Source: Phoronis australis (taxonomy: Eukaryota > Animalia > Phoronida). Taken from it: a stretch of 64,000 nucleotides of DNA. Below the pieces are notes generated by a model. The model saw nothing but the letters and a program-made list of their open reading frames with translations. It had not been told where the DNA came from and did no database searches. The DNA lies in assembly GCA_002633005.1 (NCBI GenBank), contig NMRA01000029.1:1274086-1338085 (forward strand). The letters run 5' to 3'. Positions within the stretch are counted from its first letter, which is position 1, and each line of letters begins with the position of its first letter. Position numbers and translations under genes: made by a program. Of this stretch, positions 1-14,523 are shown piece after piece.

Positions 1-3000
1 AACCTAATTCAGAACTTCAGTGCTTAACATGCCTGATTATGGACTCCGTTGCATTGGGAAATTGTTTTTAACAATGTTGTTTCTTTGTACATGTATGTAT
101 GTATGTGGTTGTTCAGTTTGCCATTTTGTTTTTAAATACACTGATAATTTTTTATTCTCTTTTCTTGTGCATGACAGATTCTTATCCAGCTAGCTACAAT
201 TGAAAACATACTTTTCTTGCATGTGGAACTTTTGTTTATAGACAAGTTAACACAAAACTTAAAATTGTTCAAAGGCCTTCTTAAGAAAGCTCATGCAAAC
301 AAAGGGAATACTTCATTTTGATCGCTGCACATTTCTATAGTTTAACAGGAAAATGAAAATTCGCAAGTGTATTTGTTAATCATTTCAGCTTTATAAAGAA
401 TAAGCACAACTGCATTGTATAGGACTTTAAAACTGAAGAAATATTGTGTTTTTAATAATTAGTGACAAACTTGCCTGTTGATGAAAAATTTATTATATCA
501 TCAAAGTGTAACATTAACGGGCTTTCTACTAACAATAAGACAATCAATGCAGTCACTGAATGTCATTTCCCCATAATTTGTGCCAAGTTGAAAAGTTTTT
601 ACCATTAGTATAAAGATTTTCTTCTGAAAGGAAAAGTTAATGTCACTCAGTGAGAAAGGACAGGTATTTATATCAAATGCTTGCGGTCTTCATTTCACTG
701 GGATCTAGTTTCAATAGCCTATAGAAGCACTTGTAAAAAAGGTCCAGTTTCGGCACGTGGCTTGCCTTCATGTAACCTCATTCAGCCTCAATAACATCCA
801 AAATTAGATCCTTGAAGGTGTACACAATAGGATATCACTTGACTCGTTTTGTGCCCAAAATCTGACCCTGAACTAGACCAGAGTGTCACTTGGTCTTCTT
901 TAGCTTCACTTCCTCATGTTTCTTCCAGGGAAGGAAATAAGCTATTGTCCACACATGACTCATTGCCTGTGAAAGGGCATCCTCACCAACGAGGCTGACT
1001 TGTGTAGCAGTCAGATATAGTTCCTCTTCATACACAAACAATCCACTGGCACATTGTCTTAGGTAACTTAGTATTGCGATTCACATTTCTCCAGGGCCAC
1101 TGACTTTTACATTGTGCCATGCTGCGCTGCTGGTGTGAGGAAATGCGGTGGGAAGAGAAAGAAGTAACAAAGCTTGTCTATGTTGCGGCTTGAAGTGGCC
1201 TTAAAACATCACTGAACCTGGAACAAATATTGAAATATGAATAATTAATTACTCCAGGTTGGGTCGAAAATGCTACCCCTGTTTTTCAAAAATATGATAC
1301 CGTGACTGCTCTACAATTTCACACAAAATTAAATAATTACTATTTTCAGAAAGAAAGGGTGTATATAATAAATATTGTATAAATCTGCGTCTTTATTTTT
1401 CATTCGTAGCCATAATAATTCTTTAAATGCATCACTTGTCTGCAAAATATACATTTTTTGAGACAATTTCAAACCTTGTTAACCATTTTCAAGCCTTTTT
1501 ATTTTTGATACTTTCAATAATTTTAAAATCCGATTACAGAACCATGGGTCTGTCAAGCATACTTCTAGTCTAAAGCTGAGGGAACCGTATCTCGGACTTT
1601 TTATTTTTCTTCTAATAGAAGATATGAAAACTTGGGTCATTTCAAAATGATGGATAATCTTTCCGTTGTTTAAGAGTAATTACAAATCGTAAGGCACCAT
1701 CAGAAATGCAATTTTCACAAAAATGGCAATCATTTGAATTTATAAACGACTTGCAGGGGCGGATCCAAGATTTTGAGTTGGAGGGGGCAGGGCAGAGTAT
1801 TAGCCAGGATCTTGCCAGTCAGACATTCGCAACCACGAACTGCCAAATGAAATATGGGAGAATTTTAGGGGGGCCATGTACTGGATGGGAAGATCTTGCT
1901 GGTTAGCTGCAGTCAAATGCTTAAAACCAATTTTGGTCCATTCAGGGTCGGCGCAGAAGCGATTCTCTGCACGGTACAAGCCCTCAAACCTAAAAACCAA
2001 AGGACACGTGAAAACAAACATGATATATTCCATTTCAACGTGTAATACATTTCCGGAAACATAGGATAGGGAGTAAACAAATAGTCTAATGGATATTCGT
2101 CACGTAACCTTTGCCATTGGGCTTGGATTGTAATCTTAACTCACTAACCAATATCGAGTTGACAGCATAAAAATGCAACATTGATTGATGTAACTGTCAT
2201 TGATAAACCTATCAGAAAGCATTCCAAACAATAATACTGCTTTGATGTAGGAAAAGATCCCGAGTGCTACGTCAAGTATCGTAAAACAAATCACAACAAA
2301 GATTAACCCGGCTGGCGACTGCCGCGAAGTCGACATCGGCGAGTACCTCAGTTAACAGGCATCAGTAGAACAAACATGGAATAATCGTTGAAATAATCAC
2401 AAAACTTACCTTTGTATAAGGGCATGCTTATTTCTTTTCATAAAAGCACCCTTTCACGCAATCGCAGATTCAGTTGGCACGGCTGCAAGCCATTTCACCT
2501 TGTATTTAAAGGGCTCGCGAAATCGAGGCTGCTTATCTATCACCACTAGTACACGCGCGCCCTCTAATTAATGTAAATTTTCCGAATATCCCCATTGCTC
2601 GTCATTTCGTTGCCACAAGGCCAATCGCGTCTCATTTTCTATGGCAAGACATAGACGTAGCACATTTCCCTTATACGAAAATGTGACCTCAAACGACTTC
2701 AAGCAACTGAGCAATAATAGATCACTCATCGGGTTTGATTTGCAAAATTGACACTATTACAACTATGCAGTGTATGCCAATCCAATATGGCAGGCTCCAT
2801 TTTGCGTTCATGTATTTAACCCCTTTTGCCCGAGATTTTACTGCTAAGTTACCAACTTTTCTAATCTTTGTGTTCATCAAAACGACTTCAAACATATTTG
2901 CTTTACATCAAGTTAAGAAAAGCTACTATTTTATTATTAGAGATTCAATGGTGTACGCAAGCCACGCGTTTCTTAGTGACCTAACGTTATGCTCATCGTC

Positions 3001-4682
3001 AGTTTTATTTTTCCGCTAGGTGACGCTTAGCACCGTAACGCAAGCGCACCCCACCAAATCACAAGAAACCAATGGGGAGTTATAGTTTGTCACACCGCCA
3101 GTGAGTCGAATCACTTCTTTGAGCCCTTTCTAAACCACCTGTCTCCAAGAGAGCATTACAATGAATGATCGAAAGACCTGTTCAGCAGAAGTTCAGTCAA
3201 ACACGTAATAAATAGCCCGATAATACACAACTTCATTTCCCTGACTTGTTTCGAGGTACACTCCTCATTTTCAAAGGAACACGAGCCAGAATGATGCAAC
3301 AAGTAAAAGGTCATGCAGGTGTGAGACATATAGATCAATAGCACAAGATTAAACAAGTTTTTTTCTAGATAATAACATCAAAACAATGATAGAACAAGGC
3401 ATTAAGTGCATGCACTGTACACCCATGGCTGGTTTTACCCAATGACTTTAGTAGCCCTCTTTAATTTTAAGTCTATTGTTTGTCCTCGCACTGACCAATA
3501 TACTGAAACTGGACAGAAAGTGTTCTGACATGTATTCTGGGTGATCATGGAAATGTTTGTAGAAATTAGAACCTGTGCTAGACACACGCATGCTCAGAAT
3601 ACGTGTATAACATGAACCACAGCCCGTTTATTAGAATTCACACTCGTGTATGGCACGCTAGAAAGGCATTTTCGAGCTTGAAAAGTGGGGAATCCATATC
3701 AATATAGGGACAGTCTCCACCTTAATGTCGACAAACATGGGGCTCTCAGAGGTCTTCGGGCGGAATTCCGTATATTGTTATACGGTTCCCGCTTTTGAGG
3801 CTCCAAAATCAACTTTTGCTTTGCAATTTTGATAAGAATAAGAATATTGATGACAATATGACTAGCGCCGTAGTGTTGGTGATGAGTTCAACAAAAGTGT
3901 GAAGGTTGACACAATGTCAAAGTAGACGGCTGTAACTTGATTGCAAACAGTGACATAAACGGTACATTGACACTAAACATTGCCGTGGGTTTATCTATGC
4001 TTCGAAGATCCATACTAACTGTCGCTGTTCACGGGTAACGACAATTTGCATAAATCCGTCGACCACAAAATGGAAAATTACAACAGTTTGTGCCTCCACG
4101 ACTTGCACAACCTCTAGTTTATTGTGAACTTGCAGCCCACGCAGCCTTTTATATTGCATTTTGCTCTGTTTAGCTGGCTAGCAAAAAAAGACGCATTAGT
4201 TATTTTAGTTTAAAAATCGGTATCGTAGCATTCATGTTTGCGAAATGGTTCTATTTCCATTGTCGATTCAAGTTTCTAGTGATGCATACAAGTATCATTT
4301 TCGAATTCGCAGTTTTAGGGTTGGCCAACTCGGAAACATTTTCCTAAGTCACTAGTGGTTTCTACGGTCTTTTTGGTATTGTGGACAAAACCCTATCACA
4401 TCAAAAATGTAGCGCGAGACCGATTTTGTGAGAGTTAAACGCTTAATTCGATTTCAATTACTCAGCCAGCTAAACAGAACAAACTGCGGCTCTAAATATT
4501 TCATTTTGACACTTACATGTACATGTAGACCTCAACCCCACATACACATATGTCAATTGCTAGACTAGGTAACGTACATGTATATAAGAATCGAGCGTCA
4601 AGGCACTGGAAGTGTCTGGAACCCGGCAAACATTGTTTTGCATCTTGTTGAAAATTAGAGCTTTATTCTATGATTACTGTAG

Positions 4683-4955
4683 GTCTCGATAAAGTCACAC
4701 AGCTTGAAATTGTAAGGAAAACTGAGACGACTATTGAAGTGAAATGGCAGTTCGCTCGGGGAAATCTCGATAAATACATTCTCACGTGTACTGCTACGAA
4801 AGACAATTCACAAAAACACTCGAAAGAAACTACCAAAACCACGGCTTTATGCACGGAACTTGAGCCCGACACCTCATTCAAGATCGAAGTCCTAACAGTT
4901 AAAGCCGGGTTCGACAGTGTAGTGAGCGATTTCGTCATTGAAAACACACTATTTG
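4683..4955 (+). CDS. Gene A exon: fibronectin type III domain #1 (first recognisable coding exon; true 5' end not found)
   Basis: Acceptor ctgtAG|GT at 4681-82 and donor TTTG|GTATGT at 4956; phase 1-1, 273 nt. Translation GLDKVTQLEIV..TTIEVKW..GNLDKYILTC..LCTELEPDTSFKIEVLT has the FN3 pattern (W, Y, L-x-P-x-T-x-F/Y). Confidence 0.85.
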
Positions 4956-5059
4956 GTATGTATGTTTATGAACAGTTTTCTCCGTCAATTGCATATTAAA
5001 CTAAGATTCGCAATCAAACGTTTGGGTTAATTGATGAAGATTAGGAATCAGTGATGACT

Positions 5060-5470
5060 CTTTCAACAGGCGTATCTAGTTTAAAGTTAAAGTCGCGGGG
5101 TTCACAACTGTCCACTGTTACGGAAGATGATAAATTGGCTGTAGCTGGTATTCCCAAATTCTCCTAAGAAACTGTACTAGCGCGACCTCTGTTGGGTAGT
5201 GTGTGAAATGCTCTCTACCAAGTTTTAGACAAGATGATTCTCACTCCACAATTAGCTAATTTTTTGCCAAGATCCAAGTGGCATTTTGGATATCGGAAAA
5301 ATTTCATCCCTGACCAATGAGCATTTCACTCACTACCCAACACTGGCCGCGCCAGAATGGTTTCACAGGAAGAGAGGTAGGACTTGAGACTGCCAGTTGA
5401 TCACCTTCCGTAGAAGGTGTCATTTGTGATAACGGCAACCTAAAGTTTTAACAAGGTGCTTCCCTTTGAA
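5060..5470. mobile_element. Foldback/MITE-like palindromic element in gene A intron
   Basis: Nested inverted arms: acggaagatgataaattggctgt pairs with actgccagttgatcaccttccgt, and ttgggtagtgtgtgaaatgctc pairs with gagcatttcactcactacccaa. Ends are approximate. Confidence 0.65.
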
Positions 5471-6229
5471 ATTTTTATACTTAGTCATGAATGGGTACTA
5501 TTTCCAAATCATTTTAGTTCACAAAGTGGAAACTTTAACTCTCTGTTCCAAGACTGTGTATTTGCTCTGTTTTTATGTAAGCTGCGCGCATTTTCTGCTT
5601 AGAATCGCTGTGTGCCTTACGAAGTTTTAAACGAAACACGAGCGCGGCTGGTTGCTCAAAGAATCTTTGGGTTTAGGGCCACGCATACTTCCAATGATTT
5701 GCTACCGAGTCTTCCTCAAAATTTACGTGTAACCTTGGTGCACCAGGGAACATGCTTGCTTGTTGCACCCGACGCCTTTAAATGGCCCATGTCAAGGCGG
5801 ACTACGCGCACTACTTTTAGGGAACAGAGCCTTGCTGTGGAAGTCATCATTGAATGCCAATAATGTGGGGAGAAACCTGTTTCCTTACATTGTTATTGTG
5901 TGTTGTAAAGACACTTTGCCAGTGAAGCATGCAGTAAACCCTCTTGTTCCAATTTCTGGTAGTTATTTTTCGATCACATTAGCAGTCAAGACTAACGCTC
6001 GAGCCCGACAAAAATGCTCAATACCATTCAGTGTTACTGAAGTTGCATCAAAAATGTTCCTTGCAAAACCACACGATTCAACAAACACAATCAACAGACA
6101 AACAGATGGGGTAACATGTTTAGTAAACAAGATATGCGAAAACAACACACGAATCCACAACTAGTCCACTACTTGGCGAACTGAAGCACCTACGGCAACA
6201 ATTTGAAATAATCCATTCACACTACAAAG

Positions 6230-8430
6230 AAACTTTATGAACACAATAAGTGTAAACAAGATACCAGCAAGACATGGAATGTGGTCAAGAATGCTTTCAA
6301 AACAACAGCTCTTACTACTAAATTACCAGACTATATAACAAAACATACATAAATATATTATATAAAACGTCAATAGCTCATGAATTTAAAAAGTTCTTAA
6401 TAATTATTGGCCCATCATTAGCTAAGCAAGTACCAGTCCAGGGGCTCTGTAAGGTTGATCATTTCTAATCCAATCTTAAGTGCCATTTACACCACAAAAG
6501 TTAACACGGATCAGCTGACACGGAACGAGATGTTCCTGTGTGTAAACGGAGCAATTTGACTCCGCAGTGACAACTTTAGCCACCCGCTTGTGAGGTAGAG
6601 CAATTTGCTCTCGAACATCTTGTTCCGTGTTAATTATATGCCTAAGTGTAAACGTCCACTTGACACCGATCCAGTTGCTCCGGGTCAGTTGCGCTGGATC
6701 AGAAGTTGATGTCTAAGCCGGACTTTACGCAAACAGAATATGAAATTCAAGCAGTGAATGAAACACTGGTTTAAAAACTGTGATATGTAGCACTGGAGAA
6801 GACAGTTTTTCGGGTCATCATAAAGCCACTCACTCATTGCCATCACCAATCAATTTATTTAATTACCTTATGACAAACAATCTCTTATATGAACGTCAAT
6901 GTGGTTTTCATCGATCGCGATCAACTGAATTTACAACACTCGAACAAAATGACAATGGACACTGCGATAAACTTGTCAGCAGTCTTCTTAGACTTTCAAA
7001 AGTTTTGACTCAATAGATCCCAATATCTTACTAGGTGAACTTTCATTTTATGGTATAACTGCATCCGGGCATTTATCCTACAAAGATATTTACTCATTCG
7101 ACAGCAGTATGTTTCATTTGAAATTTACTGTTCTGGCGCAGTGTCAGCTAACAATCAAGAGACACGCAGGCGATTCTATAGCTTCTTCTTTTATTCGAGT
7201 GCCGTTCGTACATAGACCAACCCGTAAACTGAAACAAACATAACTCCAAGCCGCTACCACGAAATATACTACAAAACCGTTCTTTACGCAAACCAAGAAA
7301 ATTTTCAGGTTTCGAAATGACATCGTCAGTTAAAATTTGCTCTTTAATATGAAAATACTAGATACAAAAGGAACATGATTTATACACAATTCTACCGTGA
7401 GCTCGCGACGCAAACTAGATTTCAAGTCACGCTAAACAGTTATGATTATATGAGCAAAAACAGACTGATTTCTAAATCCCGATCCCAAGGTCACAGCAAA
7501 CAACGCCAAAACCCCCGGCATGAATCACGAAGAAATGCAGCAAAGTAAATGAGGCGAAAATATTGAAACTACGGACACAAGAGAATGCAATACATAAACC
7601 AGAAATATAACAATAAGCAAAAAAGAACACTGCTCACATCATGAACACTGTGCAGTCTCAACGACAGTGAAGATCAATGACAAATGCCTGCGCTGTACAC
7701 AGATAGAAAATACGAATGACTAGAACTGGCGGGTAAAACACTTTTAAATGCCAGTACCACGTGGCGAGACCACGATCTGGGAGTATTTCGAAATATGTAC
7801 AACTAACAAAGTAATACTGCATATCATACATATTGGCAATATGGATAATTGCGTCTGCAGTAGCATTAACCCTCAGCAATCATCACAGGTGTACCCCAAA
7901 GACTTATTCTTGGTCCCCTCCTTTTTCTAATTACTTAAATTACCTCCACAAATCCACTTCTCTTGAGGCATTTATTTATGCTGATTATACATGTCTCACA
8001 CACACACACACTTTCGTCTAGAAAAGCAACATCAACGAAACTGAAATGAACAATAAACTACGAAACACAGTTATGAATGAACACTAATAATCACCAACTC
8101 GCACTATTTTGCACATACAAATCCAATACACAAATTATGAAAGGGTACCTTTGCTTGAAGAAACTCTTAATATATCTCGCTTGAAAACACATGGAACGCT
8201 TTCACACGAACAACTTTCACATTATTTTCAAAACAATTTTGTTTGCTATTACAACTGAAACAACAAACCAATTAAAAATTATCCTTCGCCAGATCTCCTA
8301 AAAAGCTTCATTGTTACTTATCGTAGGTACAGTCCTATACTCAAGAATCAATTTTACAAACCAAAAACAGCAACTCAATGTTTACGTTTTTACGTTCTTA
8401 GAATTATCAATGTAAATAAATAAAATATCC
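6230..8430 (+). mobile_element. Decayed non-LTR retrotransposon (CR1/L2-type) RT region, interrupted by insertions
   Basis: Frameshifted RT motifs: AHEFKKFLIIIGPSLAK (~6377), NNLLYERQCGFHRSRSTE (~6876), GVPQRLILGPLLFLI and FIYADYT (~7890-7990, degenerate YADD). A-rich end near 8415-8426. Confidence 0.75.
6478..6727. mobile_element. Short palindromic MITE nested in the LINE relic
   Basis: Inverted arms acacggaacgagatgttc (~6519) and gaacatcttgttccgtgt (~6613). Degenerate termini aagtgccatttacac and gtctaagccggactt. Confidence 0.55.
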
Positions 8431-8559
8431 CTTTCAGTTTAAGATACACACACTCACTTTCAAGATATTATATGAACCAAATTTTAGATACATATTCATT
8501 ATGCAATGACTAGCTGCTACTCCAGCTGTTATGCTAATGTTTGCCAACATAGACGCAAA

Positions 8560-8611
8560 CACTCGCAAGCACACACACATGCACACGCACACGCGCACGC
8601 GCAGGCGCACA
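8560..8611. repeat. (CA)n/(CACG)n microsatellite
   Basis: cacacacacatgcacacgcacacgcgcacgcgca seen directly. Confidence 0.8.
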
Positions 8612-9291
8612 TATGGAAGCCACTCCCTTGAGTTAGCAATAGAAAATAGCAATTTTTATTTCCTATTCAAACATTTTACAAACGATTGGAAAAAATATTT
8701 GCAGGCGGTCTGGTACGCATTTCGGCCCATTGCACTGATCACTTGGAACTATTTATGTGCTTTTCTAATATACAGTTAAGACCGTGCTGAGGAGCTAGAA
8801 ACCTGATTCAAGGGTGTTGCGGTGTGGAAGAGTGACATACAGAATCAATGACATAACTAACTAAATAAATAAACCCGGCAGCTTATTTTGCTTGTATAGT
8901 ACAATGTACATGAACATATATCAACTAACTCAGTAGGCGCTACCAATTGACTTTCTGGAAATTCTCAACAGCCAGTTGCGAATTGCATTTGCTGCTTGGA
9001 TTCTTTTTTATATAGCAATACGAAGACGTGTATTAAATTCTAAAACGCTTGACTGTGTATTTTTCATCTGCTGGGTGCTTTGACATTATGGTATAAGAGT
9101 TGACTTTGGAACAGGGTATGAGTTCAGAAAGTTTCGCAAATGCGCAAATTGTTGCGGTCGTCAAAATGTGATTGTTTGGGAAGAGGATCGGAAAACAAAA
9201 CGATTTTTTTTCAATTACTGTCAGTGGGCGTTTTTGTGTAATTTTCGGTTGTTGTTAAGACCAGTGAGTGTTCAAAACAGTGTAATTTTAG

Positions 9292-9567
9292 ACTTGGGTA
9301 CCGTTTCCCATGTGGTCGTGAGTCAGCAAACGAACTCGTCTTTGGTTGTGTCTTGGACGCCTCCGCGAGGTACCGGATTGTCTTACACAGTTAGCTGCAA
9401 ACCCAATGGCAGTGATTCAGGGCCTTTGCAAGACATTGCACCACCTCTGACCACAGCAACTTGCAAAGGATTAACACCTGGAACATGGTACACAGTGAAC
9501 GTGATCGTTGCGAAAGCAGGATATAGCAATCAAGTTGCCAGCCATCGCGATGCCACCACAAAGACAA
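9292..9567 (+). CDS. Gene A exon: FN3 domain #2
   Basis: Acceptor ttttAG|AC and donor ACAA|GTAATT; phase 1-1, 276 nt. Peptide SSLVVSWTPPRGTGLSYTVSC..ATCKGLTPGTWYTVNV. Confidence 0.9.
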
Positions 9568-11047
9568 GTAATTTCTGTTTACTTTAGTTAAAACGTTCTA
9601 TACTAGGAACTAATAGATCATATGATATATTGGTTCCTAGTTCTATACAGGAAGACCTATCCAAAATATTGACCCAATTCTACTCAAAAGGAAGTAATGG
9701 TTGTTGATGCTTCCTAAATTAATACCGCAGGTCTCTGTGTTATCTTGGAGGTAAAATGTTCCGAATTAGTACTAAACCACTGGCCTGAATTTGGTACCCA
9801 GGTACATGTAACAAAGCGAATCGAACGCTGTATTTGGGTAACGGAAGAGAATGCAAAACGAGCACTTAGCCTTTTTGTTGAAACATTTGAATCTTTTTAT
9901 TGCTACATTTGGCTTGTGCTTGGAAACATGTTGATTTGCAGCAGAGTGACATGTAAACACCGAGCATGGTCTTTTCCAAACAAATTGTGTCGACTTTTAG
10001 GGAGACAACTGGTCTAAATCAAAAGTTGGTTTCGTAGATAGAACGCTGCTTGATAGCGCTATAATAATATTATTGAGGATTTCATTTACTAGCAAATAAG
10101 AAGTTGGCAGTAGCCCAAATTGTAGGTCACCTTCTACAAGAGCCAATGACTGAGAGTCAAAATGTGGAAGCCTGACTATGTACGGATTCTCAGCATATGG
10201 ATGGTTAATTGTCATCATAGGTAGAATGATCAACCAATAAACTAGTTTCATTAAACACTTTAAAGCCATCAAATTTTAGCATTGTTGCATTATTAACATA
10301 CAGCAAATAGGAAATCAGACAAAACTAAGATAAAAAACAACAGTGACTACACTTAAGTTAAAACGAAATGATCATCTTAAAAAAGAATAGAAAACTATTT
10401 TTCACTTTTGTTTAAACATCGGACGGTGGATAACGAATAGTATGTCTTGTACGTTTTGAATAATAACACCCACTATATCGGCCGTCTTTTTCATGTGCTT
10501 GTCGTACCTTCTTTTACAAACCACGTCGAAGCCCTTCCAATTTATTTGTGACAAAACCGATGTAAGAACAATTAAGAAGTTCCGCTCGCTCTCACAATCT
10601 GCATTTTAGTAAAACCCGAGTCCCGGGTGCTCCAAACCAGTACACATTCGTGCAAGTTGTTTTCTAGCAGAGACTAGCGTTAAACAGTCTGACGTTTGTG
10701 AACGGTCAAATACTAATTGCAAATTTCACCTTTTGAAGACCAGCGGAGACCATCGCAGAGTAGAAAATATTAACAATCGGACATGTACTGTACGGCTTCC
10801 GGGTAAACACATCAATTGACAAACGGGGAAAGTTGTAAACATGAATCTAATGGTGAACGTCGAAGATGTTTGTTAGTGTTGTAAAAAGCATTAAATTGTT
10901 CTTAGAAATATCAAAAATCAATAGGTCTGATTTACTTTTGTCACGATCATCATGCGTACAGCTTCAGTGCATGAGTCAACCAAACGTGGAATTTCTATGC
11001 CACTCTTCAAAGTGGGTCTATTGCCACTGACACATGAGGTCATTTAA

Positions 11048-14000
11048 GAGTGACTCCATATAAAAACCAACAGGTAGAGTCTATACCCAAAATCACTGAT
11101 TTTTTTGAAACTTAGCACATGATTTTGGTTTGTTGAGATGTAGAAAAACCTCACTTTTTAAGAATTTTCATTCATTATTTTTCTTTTTATGACCTGTACC
11201 TCCATTTTGCAACAAAATTAGGCGTCGAAGTAGGCATGTTTGAATGCATTTTACTAGCATGTTTGGTGAGGTAAAAACAAATGAATAATACGAACTGAAA
11301 GGGCAATGGCTGAATAATTTAACTGCATGACTTTCAAAATCCATTTTTAAATTTGTACGTTTTGAATTTGTGAGGCAAAAATGGCTATTTTTCAGGTTTT
11401 CACTGAAGCCATTTTTGACCAAATTTGGCACTCTATAGCAGCCATAACGCACCTTTCCTGAAATTGACTTTATAATAATTTGTTCAGTCATTCCTAACCT
11501 GATCATAATCTAAAATAAAAAATATTGCCTCTAATGTAGTTTTTGCGTACGAAGCATTACACGAACTGCACTTCGTCCTTTTGCATGTTCTCAATTGCCT
11601 CTGCTGCCAATAGGGGGCTCCTGGAACATATAATTAGCTTGCGAAACACGACATAAAAACCTTGTATTTAGGAGAAAAGGCAGACAGCATTATTAATTAC
11701 CATTCTCCGAAAACGGCATTGATGATTATTGCTTATTACAAAAAAATATGTACGTAAATCAACGGGCATGCATGCTTCTAAAAGATAGATGGCGCTGCTT
11801 TTGTTTACGTGGAGACTGAAGACGCATCTAGAATAAGAGCAGTAACACGAGGACCTTGCTATAATTCAAAACTTCGCGAGATATTGCTCTGCATTCTAAA
11901 TGAGAACCCGTGGTTTTGGATAAATTTTAGAGAGGTTCTAGTGTTACTGAGCTCACCCCTGCCTTGTTTTCTATCTGCCTTGTTCGTGCCACAGGCAAAG
12001 GAAGGCACCCAAGGTGGATATGCCCCCCTAGTGTTCAGTGCAAATAGTCATTGTAACTTTGGGTTCATATTGTAATGTCCCTGCTGGTTGCTAGAAATTT
12101 TAGTCGCCACCAGTCGCCAAAAACCTGATGTTCCACCCCCCCACACACTGGGCACCCTAACGCTGAGATAGTTGTGCCAGTGTGATCATCATTGGTATAA
12201 AAAGGTACTGACACATTCAGTCAATAGAAAATAATTCACGAGAGACAATTTTATTAATGACTCATTCATGACAGACATCAAGTAAACAGAAGTAACGTTC
12301 TCGACTTCATATATCACACATCTTTGACTGGTATGCTACAAAACTAGGCTGAACGTTGAGCTCATTTACCACTTCATTCAGTAAATCTGACGACATAACA
12401 GCATCTTCAGCAGAAATAGCATCGTCATAAACATTGCTGCAGACAACTTGGAAAAAATCCACCAATCTGCGGTTCACTTAACAGCACAGGTAAACACTTT
12501 CCCAGTGGGTTCTCGTAATGTTATCTCCATTTTGGCACTTCCGAGGGTGAACGTTTTTACCTGACTTATCTCCTTCATAGAATATGTTCGTCAGAATGTT
12601 CTTAACCTTTGCTGAAAATCTTGTTGACCTTTTACCTTTTTTCAATGCCTAACCTATTGCTTCAGGATTCGTCTCATCCAAATAGTACTCTGAGGCTTCC
12701 TCAAGTGACGCTCCGGTTCTTGCATCTGAAAGCATTTCTGACCACTGTCGTGCGATGTGGTCATACGTGTCTTCCCTCTGTAAATGTTCAGTGTGGTTAC
12801 CCACATCCAAATGCTGACCTGGTTCTGCGTCTGTAGCAAAAATTTCGAGTAACCTTGCTGGGTACAAGGGAACTTTTCATGTTGAGGCTCTTCACTAGAT
12901 ACAATGCCAACCTTAACTCTTGGTGTTGAAAATTCGCCATTCTAGAGATCTTAGTGTATTTTAGAGAAGTAGGTTTCCCATTTCCTCAGTATTTGTAAGA
13001 ACTTACTGTCACCTACATGGAATGATTTCCACACGCGAATTCCTTGGGTGGAATTGTGGAAATTTGGGAATGTGCTTATACCAGGAACTAAGTATTTTGG
13101 AAAAGACTTTGTTACATTGACTGAACATGCATACACATAGCATCCCTTCACACGACCAATGGAAAGTAATGCTTCTTTCAAATCCAGAAAGTTTATGATA
13201 TTGTTACCTTCGGCTACAAAGTACTTTGCATGTTGTTTGAGTGGAGCGATCTTGCGATCACAGAGATCCTTTCCATTCTGACTTTCACTAAATCATATCT
13301 CGAAACAGAAATGACGGTAGAATTTGACAAGGCTGTTACGTTCAGGAGGAGAGGAGCAGAGTGGTAACATCCAGCGTTACCTCACTCTTCCATGACTGGT
13401 CCTGTTCAGTCAGAAATTCACCGACTCTGGGAAGTACGAGTCCGTACTCTGGCACAGGCCTTGCTTTGTGAGGTAGTTTCTTGTATCTCAAATGTTCAGC
13501 GGTGTCTTTGACATAACTCACTAAAGCACAAAGCTTTTGTGATCGAATTTTTTGCAGAATAAACTCTAAAGGAACATGAAGGCCCATCGACATTGTCCGC
13601 CATTTTGTCTTTTTAAAATGCACTTGCTTCTCTCAAAACCAGTCATTACAGATATCAATTCTCACTCGTTTAATCTTAAAGGCATTTATTTCCATTTAAG
13701 AGTTCTACAGAGTGTTTAAATTAACCTGATAATGTAAAACAAATGAAAGAATACAAGAGGGTTACACGTACATTTTTTACAAGCTTAACCTCAACTGACT
13801 CCCTCAGTGGGCAAAGGTCATCGGGATCAGTTTTGATACTAGCCGCGTAATAAACCCGGAAAACATTTCCTTTTCATTTGAAAGAGTTAAGACTTGGTTT
13901 CTATAAATATTTAAAGCAGACTTCTTGCCTAAAAGTTTGTTCAAATGGTCTGTAAACTCTGCTCGTCATTTCCAAGCTATGAAAATAGACAGTTTTACAA

Positions 14001-14523
14001 GACAATTTTCACTAAAGTGCAAAGTTGAGGCAAGATTTTTTATTGCTTAGTCATCAAGACTAACTCTTTAACTGTATGCTCAAAACGTCACATAAGGCTA
14101 CAAGGTGTTTTATGGCAGTAAGAAGGTCACAAAAATGGCCACTAAAATTAGCCCCAAAAGTGGTCTGTGGATTATCTCCCCTGTCTAGCACAAAACTGTC
14201 AGATTTTAACAAATGGCACAGAATTATGCACAGTATACGGTGGTTATTTCAACCACCAAAATATAGCTTTTGATCTATTTTGTAACACACTAATTTTTGT
14301 TGCTGAAAACGTGCGATTTTTGAGACGGCTAATATGCCCAATTGTGCCAATTTGTGTTATCATGCCCCAGCGGCGAAATTAGGAGTCATTGGGTGCACAC
14401 AATTTGGCATTTGGGTTTTTGTTAGGGTACCTACCCATGTACAAAAAATAAAATGAAGTTGTTTTAAATTTTGACGTATAGACTGATTTTTGAAAATCTA
14501 CTGGTTTTTATATGGACTGCCTC
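11048..14523 (-). mobile_element. Sola3-like DNA transposon (decayed) with TTAA target-site duplication
   Basis: TTAA at 11044-47 and 14524-27. TIRs GAGTGACTCCATATAAAAACCA and (reverse complement) GAGGCAGTCCATATAAAAACCA give GAG...CTC termini. Minus-strand transposase relic RYD/SESQNGKDLCDRKIAPLKQHAKYFVAEGNNI..GISTFPNF..GIRVWK at ~13300-13000. Family name rests on termini, TSD and the GK-x-x-CD motif. Confidence 0.75.

Noticed and set aside
700-2410. A minus-strand gene suggested by splice-like sites near 1226 and 2409
   Set aside because: The frames I read close quickly and show no recognisable protein.
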